This document shows, piece after piece, positions 20,378 through 28,308 of a stretch of 64,000 bases of DNA. A program made the position numbers and the translations under genes. Every line of letters begins with the position of its first letter. The first letter of the stretch is position 1. The notes under the pieces are model-generated. The model saw only the letters and a list, made by a program, of their open reading frames with translations. It was not told the DNA's origin and made no database searches. The stretch comes from Gaiella sp. GTDB taxonomy: Bacteria > Actinomycetota > Thermoleophilia > Gaiellales > Gaiellaceae. The DNA lies in the NCBI RefSeq assembly GCF_035558935.1, contig NZ_DATMBZ010000014.1, forward strand, positions 244-64,243, in the 5' to 3' direction.

Positions 20378-21007
20378 TCAGTGTGAGCGGCCGGCCGTTG
20401 CCGCGAGGGCGCCGAGGCCGACGAAGATCGTCCCGGACACGTAGCGCTGGGCCCGCAGGAACGTGCGGCTGCTCCGGAGGACCGCGCCCGCGGTGCCCGC
20501 CACGAGCGCCCACGCAAGGTCGCTCGTCAGTGCGATCAGGACGAAGACCGCGCCGAGGAGAGCCAGCTGCCCCCGCGTCGACTCGTGGGGATCGACGAAC
20601 TGCGGCAGGAACGCGAGGAAGAAGAGCGCCGTCTTCGGGTTGAGGATGTTCACGACGACCCCCTGCCGATAGGTTCGCGCCAGCGTCCGCTCCGCAGCAC
20701 GCCCGCCGATCCTGTCGTCCGCGCTCAGGATCGTCCGGATCCCGAGCCACACCAGGTAGACGGCGCCGACGATCTTGACGGCGGTGAACGCTTCCGCCGA
20801 GGCGGCGAGCAGAGCCGAGAGCCCGACCACCGCGGCGAGCACGTGCACCAACCCGCCGCTCGCGATCCCGATCGCCGAGACCACGCCCGCCCGGCGCCCG
20901 CCGTGGATGCTCTGGGCCACGATGTACAGCACTGCCGGACCGGGAACCACGGCGAGCGCGAGCGACGCGAGCGCGAATACCGCAAGGGTGCCGGGATCAG
21001 GAATCAC
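20378..21007 (-). CDS. LysE/RhtB-family amino-acid exporter
   Basis: FALASLALAVVPGPAVLYIV...NILNPKTALFFLAFLPQF match the LysE family. About six TM segments. Confidence 0.85.
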   Translation of the reverse strand: MIPDPGTLAVFALASLALAVVPGPAVLYIVAQSIHGGRRAGVVSAIGIASGGLVHVLAAVVGLSALLAASAEAFTAVKIVGAVYLVWLGIRTILSADDRIGGRAAERTLARTYRQGVVVNILNPKTALFFLAFLPQFVDPHESTRGQLALLGAVFVLIALTSDLAWALVAGTAGAVLRSSRTFLRAQRYVSGTIFVGLGALAATAGRSH

Positions 21008-21755
21008 GGTTCAGCTCCCACACGAGCCGGAGGCCCTCCAGCGTGAGGAAGGGATCGACCCGCTCGATCACGGCGCTGTGGGGCGCGATGAGCTCGGCGA
21101 GGCCGCCGGTCGCGACGACGGTTGCATCCGGCGCCCTGAGCTCCTCGCGGATCCGGGCCACGATCCCGTCGACCTGACCCGCGAAGCCGTACACGAGGCC
21201 GCTCTGCAGTCCCCCGACGGTGGTCTTGCCGATCACGCTCTCGGGCGCCGCGAAGTCGACGTTGACGAGCCGCGCCGCCCGCGCGAACAGCGCCTCCATC
21301 GAGATCTCGATCCCGGGTGCGAGCACGCCGCCGACGTACTCGCCGTCCGCCGAGACGACGTCGAAGTTCGTTGACGTGCCGAAGTCGACGACGATCGCCG
21401 GCGCGCCGTAGCGTTCCCGTACGGCAACGGCGTTGACGATGCGGTCCGGGCCGACCTCGCGGGGGTCGTCGTAGCGGATGGGGATTCCCGTGCGCACCCC
21501 CGGGCCGACGACGAGCAGTGCTGCGTGGGCCCAGCGGTCGGCCAGCCGCTCCCATTCGCGCACGATGGTGGGGACGGTCGTCGAGAGGCAGATGCCGTCG
21601 ACCGCATCCGGGTCGAGGAGCCCGCCGAGAAGCACCGCGAGCTCGTCGCCGGTCCGGCTCCGGTCCGTCGCGACGCGCCAGTGCTCGGCGAGGTCCCCAT
21701 CCCGGTACAGGCCGAGGACGGTCTGCGTGTTGCCGACGTCGACTGCGAGCAGCAC
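20997..21755 (-). CDS. coaX: type III pantothenate kinase
   Basis: (M)LLAVDVGNTQTVLGL...VVDFGTSTNFDV...VATGGLA match CoaX. The start is GTG. Confidence 0.92.
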   Translation of the reverse strand: MLLAVDVGNTQTVLGLYRDGDLAEHWRVATDRSRTGDELAVLLGGLLDPDAVDGICLSTTVPTIVREWERLADRWAHAALLVVGPGVRTGIPIRYDDPREVGPDRIVNAVAVRERYGAPAIVVDFGTSTNFDVVSADGEYVGGVLAPGIEISMEALFARAARLVNVDFAAPESVIGKTTVGGLQSGLVYGFAGQVDGIVARIREELRAPDATVVATGGLAELIAPHSAVIERVDPFLTLEGLRLVWELNRDS

Positions 21756-21762
21756 GAGCGCG

Positions 21763-21768
21763 AGGGTA
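21763..21768 (-). promoter_or_regulatory. candidate -10 box (TACCCT) 7 nt upstream of the coaX GTG (leaderless geometry)
   Basis: The minus strand reads ..gacTTCAGAcggagacctgctcttgTACCCTcgcgctcGTG. No Shine-Dalgarno is visible. Confidence 0.3.
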
Positions 21769-21831
21769 CAAGAGCAGGTCTCCGTCTGAAGTCGGACAAA
21801 CGGGACGGCAGCCGGGATCTAGAAGCGCAGT

Positions 21832-22042
21832 TGCGACCGCGAAGCCGACGCACTTCAGGGATCTGCCCCGCCGCAGGCGGGGATCGAGCGGCGGGATTCC
21901 GCTCGGCGGAATCCCGCTTCGCGGGCAAGTTCAGAACTGCGGCGGCGAAGCCGACGCCTTCAGGGATCTGCCCCGCCGCAGGCGGGGATCGAGCGGCGGG
22001 ATTCCGCTCGGCGGAATCCCGCTTCGCGGGCAAGTTCAGAAC
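21832..22042. repeat. tandem direct repeat, 2 units (106 nt + 105 nt), each with three nested stems
   Basis: Unit 1 is 21832-21937 and unit 2 is 21938-22042. The last 79 nt of the two units are identical; the first ~27 nt carry 2 substitutions and 1 indel. Stems are CCCCGCC-GCA-GGCGGGG, GCGGGATTCCGC-TCG-GCGGAATCCCGC, and a closing GCGAAGC...GCTTCGC. The end of unit 2 contains the last two codons and the stop of the DUF2469 gene. Confidence 0.9.
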
Positions 22043-22407
22043 GAGTCGTCGTCGTCCGGGCGGCGGATGTCTCCGAGGCGCTCTGCCAGGGCCTCGGCGG
22101 TGAGACGCGGCTCGTCGCCCTCTCCGCGCAACTCCTCGACGGTCACGTCGCCGGACGTGTAGACCTCGGCGCGCGGGATGATCCGCGTCGGGCGGTTCTT
22201 GTCCCACACCCAGACATCCTCCATCTGGGCGTGGAAGAACGGGTAGCTCGCCTGCGGCACGACCTTGAGATCGAGCTTGTTGCAGAGGTAGGTCGCATCC
22301 TGCGTGAGGACGCAGTAGCGAAAGAGCGGGAAGACCGCCGTGTACTCGCGCTTGAGCTGGAGCTCGAGCTCCGCCTCGAACTCGTCGAGCTCGTCCAGGT
22401 GGCTCAT
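22036..22407 (-). CDS. DUF2469-family protein (conserved actinobacterial small protein)
   Basis: LDEFEAELELQLKREYTAVFPLFRYCVLTQDATYLCNKLDLKV...VWVWD matches my recollection of the DUF2469 family pattern. Confidence 0.8.
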   Translation of the reverse strand: MSHLDELDEFEAELELQLKREYTAVFPLFRYCVLTQDATYLCNKLDLKVVPQASYPFFHAQMEDVWVWDKNRPTRIIPRAEVYTSGDVTVEELRGEGDEPRLTAEALAERLGDIRRPDDDDSF

Positions 22408-22425
22408 GGCGTCAGTGTACGGGGT

Positions 22426-22917
22426 CTAGGGGTCTGTCCCCGAAGAGGACTGACCCCCGCGAGGCATCGGCCCCCGGAGCAACTCGCCCACGGTTCCCAG
22501 GCCCGGAACGACGGCGTCGGGTGCGAGCTCCGCGAGCGGCTCGAGCGCGAACCGGCGCTCGTGCAGCCGTGGGTGCGGGACGGTGAGGCCGGGCTCGTCC
22601 ACCGCGAGGTCGTCATACAGCAACAGGTCGAGGTCGATCGTGCGCGGCCCCCACCGCTCGCCGCTTCGATCGCGGCCGAGCTCCCGCTCGACGCGGAGGA
22701 GGACGTCGAGCAACGTGCGGGGCGGCAGGTCGGTCTCCAACTCGACCGCCCCGTTCAGATAGGCCGGTTGCCTGACAGGCCCCCACGGCTCTGTCTCGCG
22801 CAGGCCCGAGACCGCCACGACCTGCAGGCCGTCCGCCTCGGAGAGGAGCTCGACCGCCCGCTCGATCGTTGCCTCCCGATCACCGAGGTTCGAGCCGAGC
22901 CCGACGTACGCGCGCAC
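22426..22917 (-). CDS. folK: 2-amino-4-hydroxy-6-hydroxymethyldihydropteridine diphosphokinase
   Basis: (V)RAYVGLGSNLGDR...TEPWG...RWGPRTIDLDLLLY...PHPRLHERRFAL match FolK. The GTG start is at 22917; the 220 upstream codons of the tracked ORF are low-complexity. Confidence 0.9.
   Translation of the reverse strand: MRAYVGLGSNLGDREATIERAVELLSEADGLQVVAVSGLRETEPWGPVRQPAYLNGAVELETDLPPRTLLDVLLRVERELGRDRSGERWGPRTIDLDLLLYDDLAVDEPGLTVPHPRLHERRFALEPLAELAPDAVVPGLGTVGELLRGPMPRGGQSSSGTDP
22429..22457. repeat. hairpin repeat family B, copy 1 (inside the last codons of folK)
   Basis: GGGGTCTGTCC-ccgaaga-GGACTGACCCC. The 25-mer 22432-22456 matches the reverse complement of 59834-59858 at 22 of 25 positions. 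Confidence 0.6.
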
Positions 22918-23005
22918 GGGGCGGACGCTACCGCGCTCTTGCGTCGACGGCCGATAACACGTGCTTAACCGGGACCACACGGGGTTCCAATCCGCCTCCG
23001 CGAAG

Positions 23006-24613
23006 ATGGCGTACCCCCTCGTGCTCACTCCGGCTCGATCTCTGGCCGTCGCCGTGCTGGCGACCACTGCGCTCGTCGTGGCTCCGGCTGCGTCGCCCTC
23101 GCCCGCGACGGGCTCCGCGCAGGAACGCGCAACCGTCGTCCAGCTGACGGCGGCCGCCGCCTGCCGCGAGTCCGCGGCACTCGCCGCCGCGGGCGCGGAG
23201 CCGGTCGACGCACGGCTCCGCCTCTGGCGCCTGGCGCCGCAGGTCGCCGCGAACGTCGTCCCGGCACTTCGGGCCCGTGACGCGCTCGTCTTCGCGCAGC
23301 GCGAGCGGACGTACCGCGCAGCGGCGACGACCGACACCCCAGACCCCCTCCAGGGCGAGCAATGGTGGCTGTCGCAGATCGGCATCGACGGGCTCACGCC
23401 GCCGGGCCCGGGCGTCCCTATCACCATCGTCGACTCCGGCCTCGACGTCTCGCATCCCGAGTTCGCGGGGCGCCCGGACACGGAGACCTTGAATGCCCAG
23501 GAGCCGGCGGGCATCGGCGGGGAGCACGGAACGTCGGTGGCGTCCGTCATCGGCGCGCCCCAGAACGGCGTCGGTGTCGTGGGCATCTATCCCCGGGCAG
23601 TGCTTCGTTCGTGGGACGCGGCCAAGGGCGACGGCACCCAGCTCGAGTCGACCGAGATCGCCGGCGGCATCCTCGCCGCGGCCCGGGCGGGCAAGAGCGT
23701 GATCAATCTGAGCCTTGGCTCCGACGCCAGCGATCTCCCCATCCAGCTCGCGGTCGACGAGGCCGTCGCCTCGGGGTCACTCGTCGTCGCCGCCTCCGGG
23801 AACGACGGCGACCGCGGCAGCCCGCTCGGGTATCCGGCGGCCTACCCGCACGTGCTCACGGTGGCCGCGACCGACAAGACAGGCAACGTCGCCCCGTTCT
23901 CGAGCCGCTCCCGCTACGTCGATCTCGCCGCTCCCGGGACGGACATCGTCGTTGCGAGCGCGCTCGGCAAGAGCTGGCGGCCGGCTTCCGGGACGAGCTT
24001 CTCCTCACCGATGGTTGCTGCCGCCGCCGCGTGGGTCTGGACCGTACGACCGACCCTGACCGCCGGCCAGGTCGCCGAGATCATGCGGCGCTCCGCGCGC
24101 GATCTGCCGCCGACGGGACGGGATCTCGCCTCGGGCTTCGGGATGCTGAACGTAGCCGCGGCGCTGGCTCTGCCGACTCCGGTTGCCGACCCGTACGAGC
24201 CGAACGACGACATCGACCAGGTGAGCCCGTCCGGGGATCGCTACGTCGCCAGGGTGCAGCCGTTGACGACCACCTCGCGACGCACGACTCGTGTCGTCGG
24301 GCGCGTCGACGCCTACGAGGACCCCCGCGATGTCTACCGCGTCTGGCTGCCCGCCGGGCATCGGTTCGCCTCGACGCTGACCACGTCGTCGGACGGCGAC
24401 CTCGCCCTCTACTCGAGCTCGGCGCCGAGCGTCGTCGGACGCTTCGCGACCACCGGCCGGCTCGCGGTCGCCTCGACCCGCGGGACGAACGAGCGCCTCG
24501 TCTACGCGAACGGCAAGCGCGGGCGCTGGGCATACATCGTCGTTCGGCTCCCCGGCGGGACGCTCGAGGCGACCTACCAGCTCCGCGTCTCGAGCGCCCT
24601 CACGAAGCGCTGA
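23006..24613 (+). CDS. secreted subtilisin-like serine protease (peptidase S8) with C-terminal pre-peptidase (PPC)-like domain
   Basis: The signal peptide is MAYPLVLTPARSLAVAVLATTALVVAPAAS. The catalytic triad contexts are ITIVDSGLD, GEHGTSVASVIG and SGTSFSSPMVAAAAAW. The C-terminal YEPNDDIDQ...DVYRVWL is PPC-like. Confidence 0.88.
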   Translation: MAYPLVLTPARSLAVAVLATTALVVAPAASPSPATGSAQERATVVQLTAAAACRESAALAAAGAEPVDARLRLWRLAPQVAANVVPALRARDALVFAQRERTYRAAATTDTPDPLQGEQWWLSQIGIDGLTPPGPGVPITIVDSGLDVSHPEFAGRPDTETLNAQEPAGIGGEHGTSVASVIGAPQNGVGVVGIYPRAVLRSWDAAKGDGTQLESTEIAGGILAAARAGKSVINLSLGSDASDLPIQLAVDEAVASGSLVVAASGNDGDRGSPLGYPAAYPHVLTVAATDKTGNVAPFSSRSRYVDLAAPGTDIVVASALGKSWRPASGTSFSSPMVAAAAAWVWTVRPTLTAGQVAEIMRRSARDLPPTGRDLASGFGMLNVAAALALPTPVADPYEPNDDIDQVSPSGDRYVARVQPLTTTSRRTTRVVGRVDAYEDPRDVYRVWLPAGHRFASTLTTSSDGDLALYSSSAPSVVGRFATTGRLAVASTRGTNERLVYANGKRGRWAYIVVRLPGGTLEATYQLRVSSALTKR

Positions 24614-24962
24614 TGCGCCGGACGGCGACCACCGCCGCATGCTCGACAGGACGTGCGAGCTCGACGTCGGGCTTGCGCACCCGCACCCGCACGGCGGCGA
24701 CCGGAAACCGCTCGACCAGGGTGTCCGCAAGAGCCGCGGCGAACGCCTCGAGCAAGCGGTACGCCCGGCCGTCCGAGATTTCGACGACGGCCGCGACCAC
24801 GTCCCGGTAGTCGATTGCGTCCTCGATCCGGTCGCTGGCCGCGGCCGTCGCGTCGGAGAGGTCGAGCTCGACGTCGACGAGAAACCGCTGGCCCTCGCGC
24901 CGCTCGTGCTCCAGCACGCCGTGGAAGGCGTGAAGCACGATCCCATGGAGCTCGATCGTCAC
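24600..24962 (-). CDS. folB: dihydroneopterin aldolase
   Basis: IELHGIVLHAFHGVLEHERREGQRFLVDVEL...DYRDV matches FolB. The GTG start overlaps the folP stop (GTGA). Confidence 0.9.
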   Translation of the reverse strand: MTIELHGIVLHAFHGVLEHERREGQRFLVDVELDLSDATAAASDRIEDAIDYRDVVAAVVEISDGRAYRLLEAFAAALADTLVERFPVAAVRVRVRKPDVELARPVEHAAVVAVRRISAS

Positions 24963-25792
24963 GGAGTGACCGTACCCCGCTCCACCGCAGCCGCGACCGC
25001 GAGTGCCTCGACGTGCGAGCGCACGTCGTGCACGCGGAAGAGGCTCGCTCCGCGGTCGAAGGCGGCGACGGCCGCGCCGACCGACGCCGCGTCGGTCCCC
25101 AGCCGCGCCTCCGGTCCCTCGACCACCCGCGCCAGGGTCCATTTCCGCGAAAGCCCCACGAGTACGGGGCGGCCGATCGCGACGATGCGGTCGAGGCCGC
25201 GCACGAGCTCGAGGTTGTGGTCGGCCGTCTTCCCGAAGCCGAAGCCGGGATCGAGGCAGATCCGCTCCTCCGCGACGCCCGCTGCGAGGGCGACGGCGAG
25301 CCGCTCCTCGAGGAACGACGCGACCTCGGAGACGACGTCGCCGTAGTGCGGCGCCTCCTGCATCGTGCGAGGCTCTCCCTGCATGTGCATCAGGCAGAGA
25401 CGCGCACCCGCCTCGGCGACGACCTCCGCGAGCTCGGGCTCGCGCCGCAGGGCCGTGACGTCGTTGACCATCGTCGCACCGAGCGCCAGCGCCCTCCGCG
25501 CCACACCGGCGCGGGAAGTGTCGATCGAGACGGGGCACCCCTCGAGGAGCTCGAGCACTGGAAGGATCCGCCGCAACTCCTCGTCCTGGGAGACGTCCGC
25601 CGCGCCCGGTCGGGTCGACTCGCCGCCGACGTCGACGATCGCCGCCCCGTCCTCCAGCATCCTTCGCGCGGTCGCCGCGGCGTCCGACGCCGAGGCGTAC
25701 CTGCCGCCGTCGGAGAAGCTGTCGGGCGTGACGTTGACGATCCCCATCACGGCGGGACGCAGCCAATCGTCCGAGAGCGGCTCTCGTCTCAT
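24959..25792 (-). CDS. folP: dihydropteroate synthase
   Basis: VMGIVNVTPDSFSDGG...VDVGGESTRPGA...DPGFGFGK... match FolP. Confidence 0.93.
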   Translation of the reverse strand: MRREPLSDDWLRPAVMGIVNVTPDSFSDGGRYASASDAAATARRMLEDGAAIVDVGGESTRPGAADVSQDEELRRILPVLELLEGCPVSIDTSRAGVARRALALGATMVNDVTALRREPELAEVVAEAGARLCLMHMQGEPRTMQEAPHYGDVVSEVASFLEERLAVALAAGVAEERICLDPGFGFGKTADHNLELVRGLDRIVAIGRPVLVGLSRKWTLARVVEGPEARLGTDAASVGAAVAAFDRGASLFRVHDVRSHVEALAVAAAVERGTVTP

Positions 25793-25797
25793 TGGCC

Positions 25798-26709
25798 ATG
25801 GACGCTAACGCGCCGCGGGCAGGCGGGTCGGGCCGGCGGACGGCGGCGATCGGCGCTGCGGTCGTCGCGCTCGTCGGCATCGTCGCGATCGCATCGCGCG
25901 GCTCGCCCCCGGACGAGCGGATTGGGCAGCATCGGCCGTCGGAGGGCCTGGTCGACGCCGCCCTGAGCCTGTTCGTCGTCGGTCTCGGGGTCGCCGCCGT
26001 CTTCGTCGCGGTGCTCCTGTCGTTCTTCGGTCGCCAGCAGCCGGAAGGCGAGGCGCGAAAGCGCCGCGGCCCGCTGCGGTCGGTCCTGTCGTTCGTCGTC
26101 GCGATGGCGCTCCTCGCCGTCGTCGTCCGGGCCCTGACCTCGAGCCGCGGCCCCCGTCTGCAGCCGCTCCTCCCCGGGGGCGGCGGCCAGGGCGAGGCGG
26201 GCGCGGACGGCCAGGGAGCCCGCTACGAGCCGGAGTTCGTCCTCTGGCCGGTCCTCGTGGTCGGCGCCCTCGTCCTCCTCGCAGTCGTGGCTTGGTGGCT
26301 CGCCGCACGAGGTCGCAGGTCGGCGCGGGGGCCGGTCGCCGCCACTCCGCACGAGGCGCTCGCCGACGTGCTGGCGGCCACGCTCGACGACCTCCGCGCG
26401 GAGCGTGACCCGCGAAAAGCCGTGATCGGCGCATACGCGCAGATGGAGCGCGCGCTGGCGTCGTCCGGCCTGCCCCGCGCGCCGGCCGAGGCTCCCGAGG
26501 AGTACCTCGTACGAGCGCTCGAGGAGCTCGAGCTCTCGTCGCGCGCGGCTGGTCGCCTCACCGCGCTCTTCGCGTGGGCACGGTTCTCGGGGCACGATGT
26601 GCGCCCCGAGATGAAGGACGAGGCGATCGAGACGCTCGAGCAGGTGCGACGCGAGCTGGCGGCCATCGACGCTGCGCGCCGCGCAGAGCAGACGGGCGCC
26701 GCCGCGTGA
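25798..26709 (+). CDS. DUF4129-domain membrane protein
   Basis: It has four predicted TM segments. The C-terminal ..DPRKAVIGAYAQMERALA...PEEYLVRAL...LTALFAWARFSGHDV matches the DUF4129 pattern that usually accompanies MoxR/DUF58 genes. ATG 25798 is preferred over TTG 25792. Confidence 0.7.
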   Translation: MDANAPRAGGSGRRTAAIGAAVVALVGIVAIASRGSPPDERIGQHRPSEGLVDAALSLFVVGLGVAAVFVAVLLSFFGRQQPEGEARKRRGPLRSVLSFVVAMALLAVVVRALTSSRGPRLQPLLPGGGGQGEAGADGQGARYEPEFVLWPVLVVGALVLLAVVAWWLAARGRRSARGPVAATPHEALADVLAATLDDLRAERDPRKAVIGAYAQMERALASSGLPRAPAEAPEEYLVRALEELELSSRAAGRLTALFAWARFSGHDVRPEMKDEAIETLEQVRRELAAIDAARRAEQTGAAA

Positions 26710-26735
26710 GCGTCGCTCGTCTCCGACTCGCTCTG

Positions 26736-26760
26736 GTGGGGGAAACCATGCTTCCCCCAC
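26736..26760. repeat. hairpin repeat family A, copy 1
   Basis: GTGGGGGAA-accatgc-TTCCCCCAC, 27 nt after the DUF4129 gene stop. Confidence 0.6.
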
Positions 26761-26782
26761 GAGCCCCCTTCTTCCCGAGAGC

Positions 26783-26806
26783 GTGGGGGACCTCCCGGTT
26801 CCGCAC
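26783..26806. repeat. hairpin repeat family A, copy 2 (degenerate)
   Basis: GTGGGGGACC-tccc-GGTTCCGCAC. It has one mismatch and one G-T pair in the stem. Confidence 0.45.
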
Positions 26807-26842
26807 ACCCCTCCCCGCTCATCGGCCGACTCGAGTCGCCCG

Positions 26843-27361
26843 ATGAGCCGGCTCGACCGCACGATCGCCGTCGCAGTCTCGGCGAGCATCTGGGCGGGGA
26901 TCGTGGTCGTCGCGGCGCCCGGAGCCGCCGGGCTCGTCGCCCACGTGTGGCTCGTCGTCGTCCTCGCGCTCGCCCTGGCCTACGCCCTCGACCGTCTCCG
27001 GCGCGCACTCCCTCGGCGGGCTTCCGCGTTCGACGTCGCGTTCGCGTCGCCCCGGCCGACGCATGCCCGCCCGGCGTCGCTGGCCCGCGTCGAGCGCGAG
27101 GTGACGCTTGCGACGGGCACCGCCTTCGACGTCCATTTCCGCCTCCGGCCGCTCGTCACCCCGCTCGCGTTGGGGCTGCTGCTCCGGCGTGGAGTCGACC
27201 CCGAACGCCGTCCGGACGAGGCGAAGGCGCTGCTCGGGCCGGATCTCTGGGAGCTCGTGCGGCCGGACCGACCGGCCCCCGACGACCGCACGGCGGCGGG
27301 CATCCCTCTGTCGGCCGTCGCCCGCATGGTCGACGATCTGGAGCGAGTCGCGTGGAGCTGA
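26843..27361 (+). CDS. hypothetical membrane protein of the MoxR module
   Basis: MSRLDRTIAVAVSASIWAGIVVVAAPGAAGLVAHVWLVVVLALALAYAL gives two TM segments, followed by a soluble tail. Its stop overlaps the MoxR GTG start by 10 nt. No family recognised. Confidence 0.55.
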   Translation: MSRLDRTIAVAVSASIWAGIVVVAAPGAAGLVAHVWLVVVLALALAYALDRLRRALPRRASAFDVAFASPRPTHARPASLARVEREVTLATGTAFDVHFRLRPLVTPLALGLLLRRGVDPERRPDEAKALLGPDLWELVRPDRPAPDDRTAAGIPLSAVARMVDDLERVAWS

Positions 27362-28308
27362 CGCAGGTCGCAGGGCAGGCGAACGCCGTGCTGGACGAGG
27401 TCGAAAGGGCCGTCGTCGGAAAGCGCGACCGGCTCGAGCTCGTGCTGGCGGGAATCCTCTCCGACGGCCACGTCCTGCTCGAGGACGTCCCCGGCCTCGC
27501 GAAGACGCTCACGGCGCACTCGTTCGCCGAGGTGATGGGCCTCCGGTTCGCGCGCGTGCAGTTCACGCCCGACCTTCTGCCGTCCGACGTGACCGGCTCA
27601 TCGATCTGGAACCAGCGCGACGCGGCCTTCGAGTTCCGCCCGGGGCCGGTGTTCGCGAACGTCTTGCTCGCGGATGAGATCAACCGTGCCCCGCCGAAGA
27701 CACAGGCGGCGTTGCTGGAGGCGATGCAGGAACGGCAGGTCTCGATCGACGGCCGGACACATCCGCTCGAGCCGCCGTTCCTCGTTCTCGCGACGCAGAA
27801 CCCGATCGAATACGAGGGGACCTACCCACTGCCCGAGGCGCAGCTCGACCGGTTCGTGCTGCGCACGGGCTTCGGATACCCCTCGGCGGATGCCGAGTGG
27901 GAGATGCTCGAACGGCGTCTCGACCGGCGCACCGACGGCGTGGAGCTCCGAGAGGTCGTCGATCGCGGGACGCTGCTCGAGATGCAGCGTGCGGTGGAGG
28001 ACGTCCACGTCGACGAGAGCATCGGCAGGTACGTCGTCGACCTCGTCGCGGCGACACGGGAGAGCCCGAGCGTCTCCGTCGGCTCGAGCCCGCGCGGGTC
28101 GCTGGCGCTCGTCAAGCTCTCGCGCTGCCACGCGGCGCTCGCGGGACGTGACTTCGTGACACCCGACGACGTGAAGGCCGTGGCCATCCCTGCGCTTGCG
28201 CACCGGCTCGTGCTTCGTCCCGAGCTCTGGGTGCAGCGGCGAAGCGGCGAGGACGTCGTCCGCGAGGTGCTCGACGAGGTCCGGACGCCCCCGACCGAGA
28301 CGACGTGA
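27352..28308 (+). CDS. MoxR-family AAA+ ATPase
   Basis: GHVLLEDVPGLAKT is Walker A. LLADEINRAPPKTQAALLEAMQERQV is Walker B/sensor, and ..VLATQNPIEYEGTYPLPEAQLDRF.. is also present. The start is GTG. Confidence 0.92.
   Translation: MELTQVAGQANAVLDEVERAVVGKRDRLELVLAGILSDGHVLLEDVPGLAKTLTAHSFAEVMGLRFARVQFTPDLLPSDVTGSSIWNQRDAAFEFRPGPVFANVLLADEINRAPPKTQAALLEAMQERQVSIDGRTHPLEPPFLVLATQNPIEYEGTYPLPEAQLDRFVLRTGFGYPSADAEWEMLERRLDRRTDGVELREVVDRGTLLEMQRAVEDVHVDESIGRYVVDLVAATRESPSVSVGSSPRGSLALVKLSRCHAALAGRDFVTPDDVKAVAIPALAHRLVLRPELWVQRRSGEDVVREVLDEVRTPPTETT

Noticed and set aside
21861-21995. CRISPR-like repeat. ATCTGCCCCGCCGCAGGCGGGGATCGAGC (21861-21889 and 21967-21995) has the CCCCGC...GCGGGGAT stem-plus-handle layout of type I-E CRISPR repeats.
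   Set aside because: There are only two copies, 106 nt apart. The 77-nt intervening sequences are themselves identical rather than unique spacers. The similarity is part of a larger tandem duplication, and no cas genes or leader are present in the window.
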